From: a virus
Lineage: Duplodnaviria; Caudoviricetes
Strand: one strand, 5' to 3'
DNA: 40,646 nucleotides
Virus record (IMG/VR): IMGVR_UViG_3300012933_000144
Location: 1 to 40,646 of that record
The translations under genes were made by a program, and so were the position numbers. Of the stretch, positions 18,236 through 26,377 are shown in pieces. Each line of letters begins with the position of its first letter. Within the stretch, counting starts at the first letter, position 1. The notes below the pieces were generated by a model. The model saw only the letters and a program-made list of their open reading frames with translations. It ran no database searches and was not told the DNA's origin.

Positions 18236-18646
18236 ATGAGAAAGAAACGAGCAGATGCATCAAATCCTATTGCAAGGGCATACGGCATCAAGAAAATGAA
18301 AGAAGCAGTTGTTGGACATCGAATATCAATCTTCATGATGGAAGATGGTGAAGATGCTGAGAGTGCAACAGTAGCAACATCACTACCAGTCTTTGCAATG
18401 ATGTATTGCTTAGAAGAGTTGAAAGAAGAAGAGTCAATTGATTACAGGAAGTTAAAAAGTGCAGTTAATGTCTTACTCGAATGTTCAGGAAACAGCTTCA
18501 AATGGAAGCGAGATTACGCAATCACCCTCGACAACGCTTTGGGGATCGCTCAAGATCGATGGGGGAAAATACCTCAAGAGCTGCTTGGTCGGGCAGTCAA
18601 CTATCTATCTCACGGATTTAATCAATCGCACAGTGCAGGACGGTGA
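18236..18646 (+). CDS. Hypothetical protein
   Basis: 136-aa ORF abutting the previous stop. Confidence 0.6.
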   Translation: MRKKRADASNPIARAYGIKKMKEAVVGHRISIFMMEDGEDAESATVATSLPVFAMMYCLEELKEEESIDYRKLKSAVNVLLECSGNSFKWKRDYAITLDNALGIAQDRWGKIPQELLGRAVNYLSHGFNQSHSAGR

Positions 18647-19076
18647 TTGTCTGTTGTGGACTGGACCATCAAATGGATCAGGCTATCCAATGGTCAGCAT
18701 CAAGCGCAAGAACAAGCCATTGAGAACCATCATGGCTGTTCTTTTTCAGCGCACAAAGAAGTCAAATCAAGTTATCACGACAACTTGTGGCAATAAAAGA
18801 TGCATTCATCCTGACCACTTGCGTGTTGTTGCAAAGAAGTCTGTATTCAAGATTGCAACAGCAGACTACAAGAATCCTGTACGCAGTGCCAAGCTAAGTG
18901 CTTATGCAAGAGCGAACCGAGCAAAGCTAAACATGGAACAAGCTAGAGAGATCAGGCTGTCAGACAAGACGCATAGAGAGCTGGCGCTGGAATATGGAGT
19001 CAACAAAGCCACGATTGGAAACATCAAGGCTGGTAGGACATGGAAAGAAACAGGAAACCTTTGGAGGGGTCTATGA
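18459..19076 (+). CDS. His-Me/HNH-like protein with C-terminal HTH (start uncertain, likely ~18585)
   Basis: DCLLWTG..GYP...TCGNKRCIHPDHL, then AKLNMEQAREIR...LALEYGVNKATIGNIKAGRTW. Confidence 0.7.
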   Translation: MQLMSYSNVQETASNGSEITQSPSTTLWGSLKIDGGKYLKSCLVGQSTIYLTDLINRTVQDGDCLLWTGPSNGSGYPMVSIKRKNKPLRTIMAVLFQRTKKSNQVITTTCGNKRCIHPDHLRVVAKKSVFKIATADYKNPVRSAKLSAYARANRAKLNMEQAREIRLSDKTHRELALEYGVNKATIGNIKAGRTWKETGNLWRGL

Positions 19077-19255
19077 GTCACAACTTAGATGCAACAGTAT
19101 TTGTCTACATGCTGAAAGAGACGGGACAAATTAAGTGCGAATACTTGGACAAAGCAAAAGAGTTTGAAGATGACCCAGATTGGGAACACATAGCAACGCT
19201 AGAACCACGTATGTGGATTGAGTACAACTGGCAAAAAGTTCAGGAGAAAACATGA
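19073..19255 (+). CDS. Hypothetical protein
   Basis: GGAGG RBS; ATGA coupling. Confidence 0.6.
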   Translation: MSHNLDATVFVYMLKETGQIKCEYLDKAKEFEDDPDWEHIATLEPRMWIEYNWQKVQEKT

Positions 19256-19815
19256 CGCAAGATGAAATCAAGTTTTATACATACGCTCATTTCAAAAAAG
19301 ACAACTCAACAATTTTTTACATAGGAAAAGGTAAAAAAGGCAGAGAAGTTGTAAGGAAAGGTAGAAACAAACATTGGATAAATACTGTAAATAAGCATGG
19401 TTTATCTGTTGAAAGACTTGCTGGATGGAAAACAGAAAAAGAAGCATTTGAACACGAAAAGTTTTTGATTTGGTGTTTTAAAGACATGGGCTACAACTTA
19501 GTAAACATGACTGATGGCGGTGAAGGTGTATCAAATCCTTCAAATGAAACAAGGGAAAAAATGTCTGTTTCTCAACTTGCGCGAAATAGAAAATTAACAG
19601 AAGAACACAAAGCCGCTTTGTCAATTGCTCACAAAGGTAAACCACTATCTATTGAACATCGTAAAAAAATAGCATTAGCAAATTCTGGAAAGAAAAAATC
19701 TGCCGAATCAATAGCAAAGATGTCAGCTAATTCTTGGGCAAAAACCGAAGAAGGTCGTAAAAGTTTGTCATTGTCAACAGCAAATTATTGGAAAAGAAAG
19801 AAAGGTTTGCTATGA
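19252..19815 (+). CDS. GIY-YIG-type homing endonuclease with NUMOD3 repeats
   Basis: FYTYAH...FYIGKG, LVNMTDGGEG, EEHKAALSIAHKGK / IEHRKKIALANSGK; AT-rich relative to its flanks. Confidence 0.8.
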   Translation: MTQDEIKFYTYAHFKKDNSTIFYIGKGKKGREVVRKGRNKHWINTVNKHGLSVERLAGWKTEKEAFEHEKFLIWCFKDMGYNLVNMTDGGEGVSNPSNETREKMSVSQLARNRKLTEEHKAALSIAHKGKPLSIEHRKKIALANSGKKKSAESIAKMSANSWAKTEEGRKSLSLSTANYWKRKKGLL

Positions 19816-20090
19816 ACTCCGAAGAAATCATTGAGATGGCTATAAAACTTGGGGCTGGTTGTTATACGCCACCACCAACTACCTTGGTAAAAGGAATCAC
19901 AATGACATTTGATCAACTTGAAGCCTTTGCCAAACTGGTAGCAGCTAAAGAGCGTGAGGCGTGTGTTAATGTGATTGAAACCCATCGCATTCCCGTTGGT
20001 AATTCTGCCGCAGGGGAAATGGCTTGCGAATGGACATACGATGCTTTAAAAGAAATCCGTACCGCAATCCGAGCAAGAGGTGAAGCATGA
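19812..20090 (+). CDS. Small hypothetical protein
   Basis: EEIIEMA...LEAFAKLVAAKEREAC...AIRARG. Confidence 0.7.
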   Translation: MNSEEIIEMAIKLGAGCYTPPPTTLVKGITMTFDQLEAFAKLVAAKEREACVNVIETHRIPVGNSAAGEMACEWTYDALKEIRTAIRARGEA

Positions 20091-20434
20091 CACATCAAAC
20101 CCATTTTGAGAAGTGGTGGCACGACGAGGGTAGCCAAGCCCCATATACGCATCACGATTGTGAAGAGCACACAAAACGAATGTGCGAGATAGCGTGGGCT
20201 AATGGCGCTTACAAAGAGCGCGAGCACTACGATGACTTGTTTGCACACATCAAAGGCTGGTGTGAGGCGTATCCAATCGCCGCATTTCCTGAGCCTGACT
20301 TTAAAAAGGCACATGAAGTGTTGAAAGCAAACGGAATGACGCTGGATGCAATCAGCGCAAGCAACATGAAGCACGTCATCACACAGGTGCAAAAAATGAT
20401 TGATGCAGCAATCCGAGCAAGAGGTGAAGCATGA
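20064..20434. repeat. 27-bp perfect direct repeat (20064-20090, 20408-20434)
   Basis: GCAATCCGAGCAAGAGGTGAAGCATGA occurs twice, encoding AIRARGEA-stop plus the next RBS and start. Confidence 0.9.
20087..20434 (+). CDS. Hypothetical protein
   Basis: 115 aa; ends with the same AIRARGEA as the previous gene. Confidence 0.7.
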   Translation: MTHQTHFEKWWHDEGSQAPYTHHDCEEHTKRMCEIAWANGAYKEREHYDDLFAHIKGWCEAYPIAAFPEPDFKKAHEVLKANGMTLDAISASNMKHVITQVQKMIDAAIRARGEA

Positions 20435-20459
20435 TGTACTTAGGAATGCTATGATTGAT

Positions 20460-20527
20460 GCAACAGCTACCTTTAGCGGGGGAAAAGACGATTCATCACC
20501 GTCCTGCTGTTGCTTTCACAGTGATGA
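20460..20527 (+). ncRNA. Structured leader upstream of an HNH gene
   Basis: GCAACAGC/GCTGTTGC closes two hairpins; loop TCATCAC is complementary to GTGATGA at 20521-20527; preceded by TGCTATGAT extended -10. Confidence 0.55.
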
Positions 20528-20551
20528 TTTCCACCAATGATGGGGTGCGAC

Positions 20552-21031
20552 ATGCTTACACAAGCAAAATTAAAAGAACTGATTTCATACAACCAAGAAA
20601 CTGGTGATATGAAATGGAAAAACATTTCACATAACAGAGTGAAGCCATACACAAAAGCTGGACACATGGACAGAACTGGTTATGCAAGATTGTCTATTGA
20701 AGGAAAGAAATACATGGTTCATAGGCTTGCATGGCTTTATGTGTATGGATCATTTCCAGAAAATGCAATAGATCACATCAATAGAGACAGAAATGACAAC
20801 AGGTTTTCAAATTTAAGGCTTGCCACCGTAAAGCAAAACAATGAAAACATATCTTTAAGAAGTCACAACACAAGTGGGTATAGAGGGGTTACATGGCACA
20901 AAGCTGCTAAAAAATGGATGGCTTCAGTTACTCATAATAAAAAGCAAATCTATCTTGGGTTGTTTGACAATTTAGATGACGCTGCAAATTCCGCAAAAAA
21001 TAAACGAAACGAACTTTTTACACACATATGA
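20552..21031 (+). CDS. HNH endonuclease with AP2-like domain
   Basis: HRLAWLYVYG...IDHINRDRNDNRFSNLR...NTSGYRGVTW...YLGLF. Confidence 0.9.
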   Translation: MLTQAKLKELISYNQETGDMKWKNISHNRVKPYTKAGHMDRTGYARLSIEGKKYMVHRLAWLYVYGSFPENAIDHINRDRNDNRFSNLRLATVKQNNENISLRSHNTSGYRGVTWHKAAKKWMASVTHNKKQIYLGLFDNLDDAANSAKNKRNELFTHI

Positions 21032-21495
21032 AATTATTTTGCGGGATAGATCCAGGCGCTGTATCTGGTGCATGGGGAATTGTTGACCTACACGGCAAGT
21101 ATTGGTCGTGTGGAGACATTACAAACCTTGATGGAAAAATTAACTCAGTTGATTTCAAGGCGGAACTCAGTCAAGCTGTTGACAAGCAAGATGTTGAATT
21201 CTGCCTTGAGGCTGTACATGCCTTCAGCGGGCAAGGTGTTTCCTCGACTTTTAAATTTGGACGTGCTGTAGGGGCTATAGATGCCGTCTGTGAGTCTTTT
21301 CATGCGCCAGTGCATTACGTCACGCCGCAGAAATGGAAAAAACACTTTAATTTGAGCCAAGACAAGTACGCAAGCCTTGAGTTGGCAAAAGAGATTTGGC
21401 CTCTAGCACCGATCAAGCTAAAGAAGCACCACAACATGGCTGAGGCTTTGTTGTTGGCAGAGTACTTGCGTAAATGGCAACTTGATTTGTTGTAA
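21028..21495 (+). CDS. RuvC-like Holliday junction resolvase
   Basis: GIDPG, LEAVHA..GQGVSSTFKFG, VTPQKWK, AEALLLA. Confidence 0.85.
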   Translation: MKLFCGIDPGAVSGAWGIVDLHGKYWSCGDITNLDGKINSVDFKAELSQAVDKQDVEFCLEAVHAFSGQGVSSTFKFGRAVGAIDAVCESFHAPVHYVTPQKWKKHFNLSQDKYASLELAKEIWPLAPIKLKKHHNMAEALLLAEYLRKWQLDLL

Positions 21496-21537
21496 AAAAC
21501 AAACAATGACTTTGATTTCTGAGCTACAATTTCAAAC

Positions 21538-21768
21538 ATGAATAAACGTGGCGGCAAAAGACAAGGTGCAGGACGCAAAAAGATCGGTGGTCAATCACGG
21601 GTCATTCGAGCTAGGGTTGCAGAAGTTACCGAACAGGCATTGATGCTTGCAGGTAATGGCAACCTGTCTGAAGGAATCAGGCGCTTGGCAGACAAGCACT
21701 GGCGGTTAATACATGGTTCATTAAAGGTAGATCAAGATGCAGGAAGCAGACCCAAACAAAGCGATTAA
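21538..21768 (+). CDS. Small DNA-binding protein
   Basis: RGGKRQGAGRK basic N-terminus and GNGNLSEGIR; TACAAT lies 7 nt upstream (possibly leaderless). Confidence 0.65.
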   Translation: MNKRGGKRQGAGRKKIGGQSRVIRARVAEVTEQALMLAGNGNLSEGIRRLADKHWRLIHGSLKVDQDAGSRPKQSD

Positions 21769-22066
21769 CGCAATCATAATGATGGCTCCAGAGTTTGCAC
21801 AAGCAAAAGCCAACAGGGTGTTCTTGGAGGAGTCTAGAAAAAGCAAGAAAGCAACTCTAATGAGAAGTTGTGACGAAGCAGTGTTGGGCAAACAAGAGAC
21901 ATATGCCTACAGCCATCCAGAGTATTTGGAGCTTCTTGAAGAAATTTACAAAGCTGTTGAAGCTGAAGAGCGCTTGAGATTGATGATTGCTGCAGCACAG
22001 GCTCGCATTGAGATCTATAAAGTCAACCAGTACACAGCGCGAGCAGAAATGAAAGCATTTAGTTAA
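21737..22066 (+). CDS. Helical hypothetical protein (possibly UvsY-like)
   Basis: FAQAKANRVFLEESRKSKKA...ETYAYSHPEY coiled coil. Confidence 0.65.
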   Translation: MQEADPNKAINAIIMMAPEFAQAKANRVFLEESRKSKKATLMRSCDEAVLGKQETYAYSHPEYLELLEEIYKAVEAEERLRLMIAAAQARIEIYKVNQYTARAEMKAFS

Positions 22067-22078
22067 AAGGAGTGAATT

Positions 22079-22339
22079 ATGAATGAGTTGACATTTGAAG
22101 AGTTTTGTAGCCAGCCAATGCAGTTGGTAATGCACTTAAGCGCAGAGAAGGAACACTACATTCATCGCCACGCGCCAACAGTAGGTGTAAGCAAGATCGT
22201 TATCACGCGAGTCAAGAAGCACGGCGGCTTTGGCAAGTCCTACGCCACATACCACTTGAAGGATGACGAGCGCGTGTTCAATGAAGCCGATCAGGTCTAT
22301 CTGGCGTACATGGAAAGAGTTTGTGGGGTGAAGTCATGA
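22079..22339 (+). CDS. Hypothetical protein
   Basis: AAGGAG RBS; 86 aa. Confidence 0.65.
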   Translation: MNELTFEEFCSQPMQLVMHLSAEKEHYIHRHAPTVGVSKIVITRVKKHGGFGKSYATYHLKDDERVFNEADQVYLAYMERVCGVKS

Positions 22340-22440
22340 ATTGGCCTTTCCCTAGCTATCCACCAGTGCCGTGGACAAAGAAGCAAAAACAATCGTACCA
22401 ACAAGCGCAACGCGCACAATTGCCAGAGGCTCCGCTATGA
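22336..22440 (+). CDS. Small hypothetical protein (34 aa)
   Basis: MNWPFPSYPPVPWTKKQ...PEAPL; ATGA coupling at both ends. Confidence 0.5.
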   Translation: MNWPFPSYPPVPWTKKQKQSYQQAQRAQLPEAPL

Positions 22441-22658
22441 CTGACAAGACATTGAATGTATTTTTCTCATTTGTTTTAGCGTACTTTTTGGGGTTTTTAA
22501 TCACTTATGGTCACGCGTACAACTCGCGACCAAATATGAATCGAGTTGCTGGAACTGAGATTTATTACAAGGTTAGTGAAGCATCAAAAGCATTTGATTC
22601 TCTTTTCATATCTGCATTTTGGCCTCTGTATGTTTCAACTATTGCGTGGGAGAAGTAA
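22437..22658 (+). CDS. Small membrane protein
   Basis: GAGG RBS; two hydrophobic segments; FWPLY. Confidence 0.6.
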   Translation: MTDKTLNVFFSFVLAYFLGFLITYGHAYNSRPNMNRVAGTEIYYKVSEASKAFDSLFISAFWPLYVSTIAWEK

Positions 22659-23135
22659 ATGAGTAAAGAAGCACTAAACAATGCACTCAGATACGACCAT
22701 GAAACTGGTGATTTTTGGTGGAAAAGTACAGCGCCTCACAAAATGGCAGGAAAGCTGGCAAACGCCAAAGACAAACTTGGCTATGTGTGTATCAAATTCA
22801 AAGGCAAGATGTATAAGGCTCACAGGATTGCTTTGTATTTCTGGAATGGTGTTTGGCCTACTGGTGATGTTGATCACATCAATGGATTACCAAACGACAA
22901 CAGGATTTGCAATTTGCGTGAGGTGTCACATTCTGTAAATCTGCAAAACCAAAGAAAAGCAAGGTCTGACAATCAGTCTGGATTTCTTGGCGTAAGTCCA
23001 AATGGCAATAAATGGAGAGCAGAAATCAGAGTTGATGGCAAAAAGATAAACCTTGGAACCTATATAACACCACAAGAGGCACACCAAGCCTATGTAAAAG
23101 CAAAGCGTGAAATGCACGAAGGAGCAACTTTATGA
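22659..23135 (+). CDS. HNH endonuclease with AP2-like domain
   Basis: AHRIAL...VDHINGLPNDNRICNLR...NQSGFLGV...NLGTY. Confidence 0.9.
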   Translation: MSKEALNNALRYDHETGDFWWKSTAPHKMAGKLANAKDKLGYVCIKFKGKMYKAHRIALYFWNGVWPTGDVDHINGLPNDNRICNLREVSHSVNLQNQRKARSDNQSGFLGVSPNGNKWRAEIRVDGKKINLGTYITPQEAHQAYVKAKREMHEGATL

Positions 23136-23812
23136 ACGATTTGAAATCTGCTGCAAAGCTGGCACTTGAGGCGCTAAACAATGCAACAAGCTATGGTTCA
23201 CTTACTGGGGCGGATTGGGTATTTAAACAAGTAGACGAAGCCATCAAAGCCCTAGAAGAAGCACTAGCCAAGCAAGAGCAGTTGTGTCGCAGTGATGGAC
23301 GTTGTCAATACGCTATTGATAGCGGAGCAGAAGGCATGGGCCACTGTCCAAAAGGTAAATGCGTAATGCCAGCCAAGCAAGAGCAGGGTGAGCCTGTGGC
23401 GCTGAAGGTATATCGCGGTGAACTTTGCTACAAGTCACAAGCTGACGACCAATCATTTGGAATGTGGTGTCCTGTAACTCAAGATTTGCCATTCCCAGAA
23501 GGAACAAATTTCTACACTACATCGCAACCAAAGCAAGAGCAGGGTGAGCCTGTGGCGTGGGTTGATTTGCTAAAAGATGCGGAACAGATTGTCAAAGACA
23601 AGTTTTTATACAAACGATTTATTGACGGCACTCCTTTGGCAAACGACATTCCATGCTGGATGGCTGACTTTGCACAGCAATACACCACACCACAACAACG
23701 CACATGGGTTGGGCTAGATTGGGGCGATTTGCCTGAAGAATTGGTTGGAAATCTTTTTTTTAAGCAAGGCGCTAGATGGGCAGAAGCAAAATTACTTGAG
23801 AAAAACACATGA
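23132..23812 (+). CDS. Modular hypothetical protein with repeated KQEQ(GEPVA) linkers
   Basis: Three linker copies; two are identical over 27 bp at 23375-23401 and 23531-23557. Confidence 0.7.
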   Translation: MNDLKSAAKLALEALNNATSYGSLTGADWVFKQVDEAIKALEEALAKQEQLCRSDGRCQYAIDSGAEGMGHCPKGKCVMPAKQEQGEPVALKVYRGELCYKSQADDQSFGMWCPVTQDLPFPEGTNFYTTSQPKQEQGEPVAWVDLLKDAEQIVKDKFLYKRFIDGTPLANDIPCWMADFAQQYTTPQQRTWVGLDWGDLPEELVGNLFFKQGARWAEAKLLEKNT

Positions 23813-23982
23813 AAACAGTATTAGCACCAAACGCACCTTGGCCAGTTAAAGAAGAGCCAAAACAAAAACCAGTCAAACTGGTGAAAAAAGCAATGCCAAA
23901 GCCAAATCACGGGAAACGTAAGTTAGTTGACGCTAACTTTGAACGCTGGCTGAATAGTGTCACACCAGTAAAGAGACATTAA
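23809..23982 (+). CDS. Small basic hypothetical protein (57 aa)
   Basis: MKTVLAPNAPWP...; ATGA coupling. Confidence 0.5.
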   Translation: MKTVLAPNAPWPVKEEPKQKPVKLVKKAMPKPNHGKRKLVDANFERWLNSVTPVKRH

Positions 23983-24216
23983 TTGAGTACAAGACCAGTA
24001 TTCAGGGTAAGGAACCCAAAGCCAAGCCCGTCGCTGTACGACCTGTTAGCAGGTGAAGCTAGAGAGCTTCTGACGACATGGGAAGTGCTGAAAAACAAGG
24101 CAACAGTTGATAAACGACTGGCGCTATGTGATGAGAAGTTTGGCTTTGGTGGTGAAAGACGAGTCAGGGAACTGATGAGGCAGATAAAGAAAGAGGAGAG
24201 ATTCAATGAGCGGTAA
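23983..24216 (+). CDS. Hypothetical protein
   Basis: 77-aa ORF abutting the previous stop. Confidence 0.55.
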   Translation: MSTRPVFRVRNPKPSPSLYDLLAGEARELLTTWEVLKNKATVDKRLALCDEKFGFGGERRVRELMRQIKKEERFNER

Positions 24217-24397
24217 AGGTAGCGCACCACGTCCATTTGACGTAGATGAAGAGACATTCGCTGGCGCATGGGCCAGAACATTTGGAAAACAAAATGCAAA
24301 GCAAAAACAAGAAGACACCGACACAAGCGGAGAAAGCACACATCCTGAGAATCAAGGAGATGAGCTGCATAGTCTGCGACCAGACGGGTCCAAGTGA
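24206..24397 (+). CDS. Small hypothetical protein
   Basis: GAGGAG RBS; MSGKGSAPRPF N-terminus; overlaps the next gene. Confidence 0.45.
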   Translation: MSGKGSAPRPFDVDEETFAGAWARTFGKQNAKQKQEDTDTSGESTHPENQGDELHSLRPDGSK

Positions 24398-24587
24398 GTG
24401 CCACGAAATCAATCAAGGCCAATGGTTCACATCCATTCCTTTGTGCGCTGACTGCCACAGGGGTAGCCAGAACGGAATCCACGGTCAAAAGCGCATGTGG
24501 AACATCAAAAAGATGGATGAACTCTCAGCCCTGAATGAAACCATTAAAAAATTAATGGGGGAGGGGGGTGGCAGTGTCAACTTCTAA
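24294..24587 (+). CDS. Ref/DUF968-like HNH-type nuclease
   Basis: CIVC....SECHEI...IPLCADCHRG..NGIHG. Confidence 0.7.
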   Translation: MQSKNKKTPTQAEKAHILRIKEMSCIVCDQTGPSECHEINQGQWFTSIPLCADCHRGSQNGIHGQKRMWNIKKMDELSALNETIKKLMGEGGGSVNF

Positions 24588-24689
24588 ATTTCAAAAAAGT
24601 TTCAGAGTTGAAAAATCTGGTTAAGTTGGTTTTCAAAATCGGACATGGCAAAAACCAGAAAAATCAGCATTGTGTTGTTTTTTTGCCAC

Positions 24690-24907
24690 GGTTGGTGAGC
24701 GCTTACTAACTTAGGCGGCGAAGTTAGCACTTACTAACCAAGGCGAAAAGTTACAACGCATGAGACAACAAACAAAGCCGCCAAAACCGCATAAAACGAC
24801 GAATAAGGCGCTTATTTTGTTGGCCTATACCAAACCAAGCAAAAGCACAAAAGCCGCTTAAAACGCGTTTTATCGTTTGTCGTGCGAAGTTAGCGCTTAC
24901 TAACCAA
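24690..24907. promoter_or_regulatory. Cluster of three palindromic protein-binding sites (cores 24695-24706, 24723-24734, 24889-24900)
   Basis: GTGAGCGCTTAC, GTTAGCACTTAC and GTTAGCGCTTAC, each followed by TAAC; 24718-24741 and 24884-24907 match at 23/24. Confidence 0.75.
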
Positions 24908-24913
24908 ACCATT

Positions 24914-24947
24914 AAAAAAAGGGGCGACACTTAAGCCGCCGCCTTTT
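24914..24947 (-). terminator. Rho-independent terminator of the leftward cassette
   Basis: Minus strand AAGGCGGCGGC-TTAA-GTGTCGCCCC-T7, just after the stop at 24957. Confidence 0.6.
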
Positions 24948-24956
24948 CGTAAAAGT

Positions 24957-25136
24957 TTAATCGGGCATTTTGTCCAACAAAACCCAAAAGTGCCAAGGTA
25001 AGCAAACGCGCAAAACCTTGGGGGCCGTCATTGGTAGGCAATAGACCAAGCCATTTTGAAAAGAAGTCACTTCGCACAATTTGTCGTCCGTTGTCGTGAC
25101 AATGCCCACGTTACCTGGTCGAATTTCATTCGTCAT
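24957..25136 (-). CDS. Small hypothetical protein (59 aa)
   Basis: MTNEIRPGNVGIV...; AAGGGG RBS; ATGA coupling. Confidence 0.6.
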   Translation of the reverse strand: MTNEIRPGNVGIVTTTDDKLCEVTSFQNGLVYCLPMTAPKVLRVCLPWHFWVLLDKMPD

Positions 25137-25348
25137 TTTTTGCCCCTTACTTTTGCCAAGTTTGACGTTAGGACGTTTTTTGCCCGTTCGTCGCCGCCCC
25201 ATAAAACCGAAACCATAAAAGGTCCGTTTGGCCTTACCTGGTCGTATACGTGGGCAATAATGCCGCGTTTGGCCTTTGCGCTTGGTCCGACAAGTTTGCA
25301 AAAGTCGGACGAAAAACGGACCTTATCGCCAATTTGCGGTTTATCCAT
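25133..25348 (-). CDS. Small SH3-like hypothetical protein
   Basis: QIGDKVRF...RGII...VSVLWGG...VLTSNLAKV; AAGGGG RBS. Confidence 0.65.
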   Translation of the reverse strand: MDKPQIGDKVRFSSDFCKLVGPSAKAKRGIIAHVYDQVRPNGPFMVSVLWGGDERAKNVLTSNLAKVRGKK

Positions 25349-25526
25349 GGTAAAGCCCCTTATTTTTAAGCCACTGAGAAAAAGGGAATTCTTTTATTAC
25401 GTGACGGCGAATCGCTTTGTTTTGGCCCATTTTGCGAACCCTTGCGTACTCTATAGCGTCCGCCTTGTCTAAAAAGTCTATTTCGGACAACGTCCCGTTG
25501 TGCATATATACAAACAAAGTCCACAT
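25341..25526 (-). CDS. Small hypothetical protein
   Basis: AAAAGGGGTTAAAAATG start context; FLDKADAIEYA. Confidence 0.65.
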   Translation of the reverse strand: MWTLFVYMHNGTLSEIDFLDKADAIEYARVRKMGQNKAIRRHVIKEFPFSQWLKNKGLYHG

Positions 25527-25528
25527 TT

Positions 25529-25666
25529 TTAACCCCTTTTGATAAAAGAATTTTTATATTGACCCATTAGCATAAAAGCCGTTTTCATTCGTTCGGCTTC
25601 TTGGTATGTATCAAAATTCAATAAAACAATTTCGCCATCATTGCAAATTAAGTGCAAAATATACAT
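25529..25666 (-). CDS. Small hypothetical protein (45 aa)
   Basis: AAAAAGGGCTTAAAATG start context; FDTYQEAE. Confidence 0.6.
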   Translation of the reverse strand: MYILHLICNDGEIVLLNFDTYQEAERMKTAFMLMGQYKNSFIKRG

Positions 25667-25667
25667 T

Positions 25668-26348
25668 TTAAGCCCTTTTTGCAAAAAATACAGTTTGAAC
25701 CTTGGCCTTAGCGTTACCGTGAGCGGGAAACCCGACAATTGTCGAACGGTTAGAAACCGCGCAAAGTTGGCAAGTGGCGCAAGATACATTGTCCCGATAA
25801 GTGGCGGGGCAAGTTACAACGGTGCGTCCGCCTGGTGTCGTTTGCTTTGTTGGCGAATCAATAGCCAAAACCGTGACAACGGGACCAACGCCCAACGCCG
25901 CCAATTCGTCCGCATGGTCCAAACTGTTAGCCGATAAATTTACACAAAAGCCCCATTCGTTCGCCGCCTTGATCCATGGAAAATTGGCGGGGTCGTTTGT
26001 TTTGTGGGTATAAGTGAAACCTTTTTTACCAAGGTTGGCCAAAACCAATTCGCCAAGCGCCTTGGGGTCCACGGTTTCTCCGTCACCAGGTAAGTCACCC
26101 GCCGCATTGTGTCGCCAAAATTGGCCTTGGGGTAACGCCTTAATCGATTCGCAAAAGCCGCCCCAATTAAGGCCGCGTTCGCCGTTGGACACTTTGCGCC
26201 AATGTATCGCCAAGGGTCCGCTTTTGGCATAACAGCCGCCGTCATTGAACGGGCAAGAGTTTGGGCAAGAGTTTGCGGACGTTATGGATACGGGAATTGG
26301 TCCCGTTTTTACGTTCGCACTTTTTAAGGTTAGAGCAACTGAGTACAT
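25668..26348 (-). CDS. Cys-rich gp88/DUF7227-like protein (radical-SAM-like Cys spacing)
   Basis: SCPNSCPFNDGGCYA, FWRHNAAGDL, GFTYTH, VNLSA, CPAT...SCATCQLC, VGFPAHG. Confidence 0.7.
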   Translation of the reverse strand: MYSVALTLKSANVKTGPIPVSITSANSCPNSCPFNDGGCYAKSGPLAIHWRKVSNGERGLNWGGFCESIKALPQGQFWRHNAAGDLPGDGETVDPKALGELVLANLGKKGFTYTHKTNDPANFPWIKAANEWGFCVNLSANSLDHADELAALGVGPVVTVLAIDSPTKQTTPGGRTVVTCPATYRDNVSCATCQLCAVSNRSTIVGFPAHGNAKAKVQTVFFAKRA

Positions 26349-26377
26349 TTTTTAACGCCTTTTAACTAATTGATTGA

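Noticed and set aside
20451-20540. Remnant PAPS-reductase-like gene (FSGGKD)
   Set aside because: Only 29 codons, and the motif coincides with the RNA hairpin junction, so it is probably coincidental.
24690-24907. Mini CRISPR array
   Set aside because: The repeats are irregularly spaced (about 28 and 166 bp apart), there are no uniform spacers and no cas genes.
25056-26232. Plus-strand ORFs in the atypical cassette
   Set aside because: The minus-strand ORFs tile the region with RBSs, coupling, a promoter and a terminator; the plus-strand ORFs lack these.
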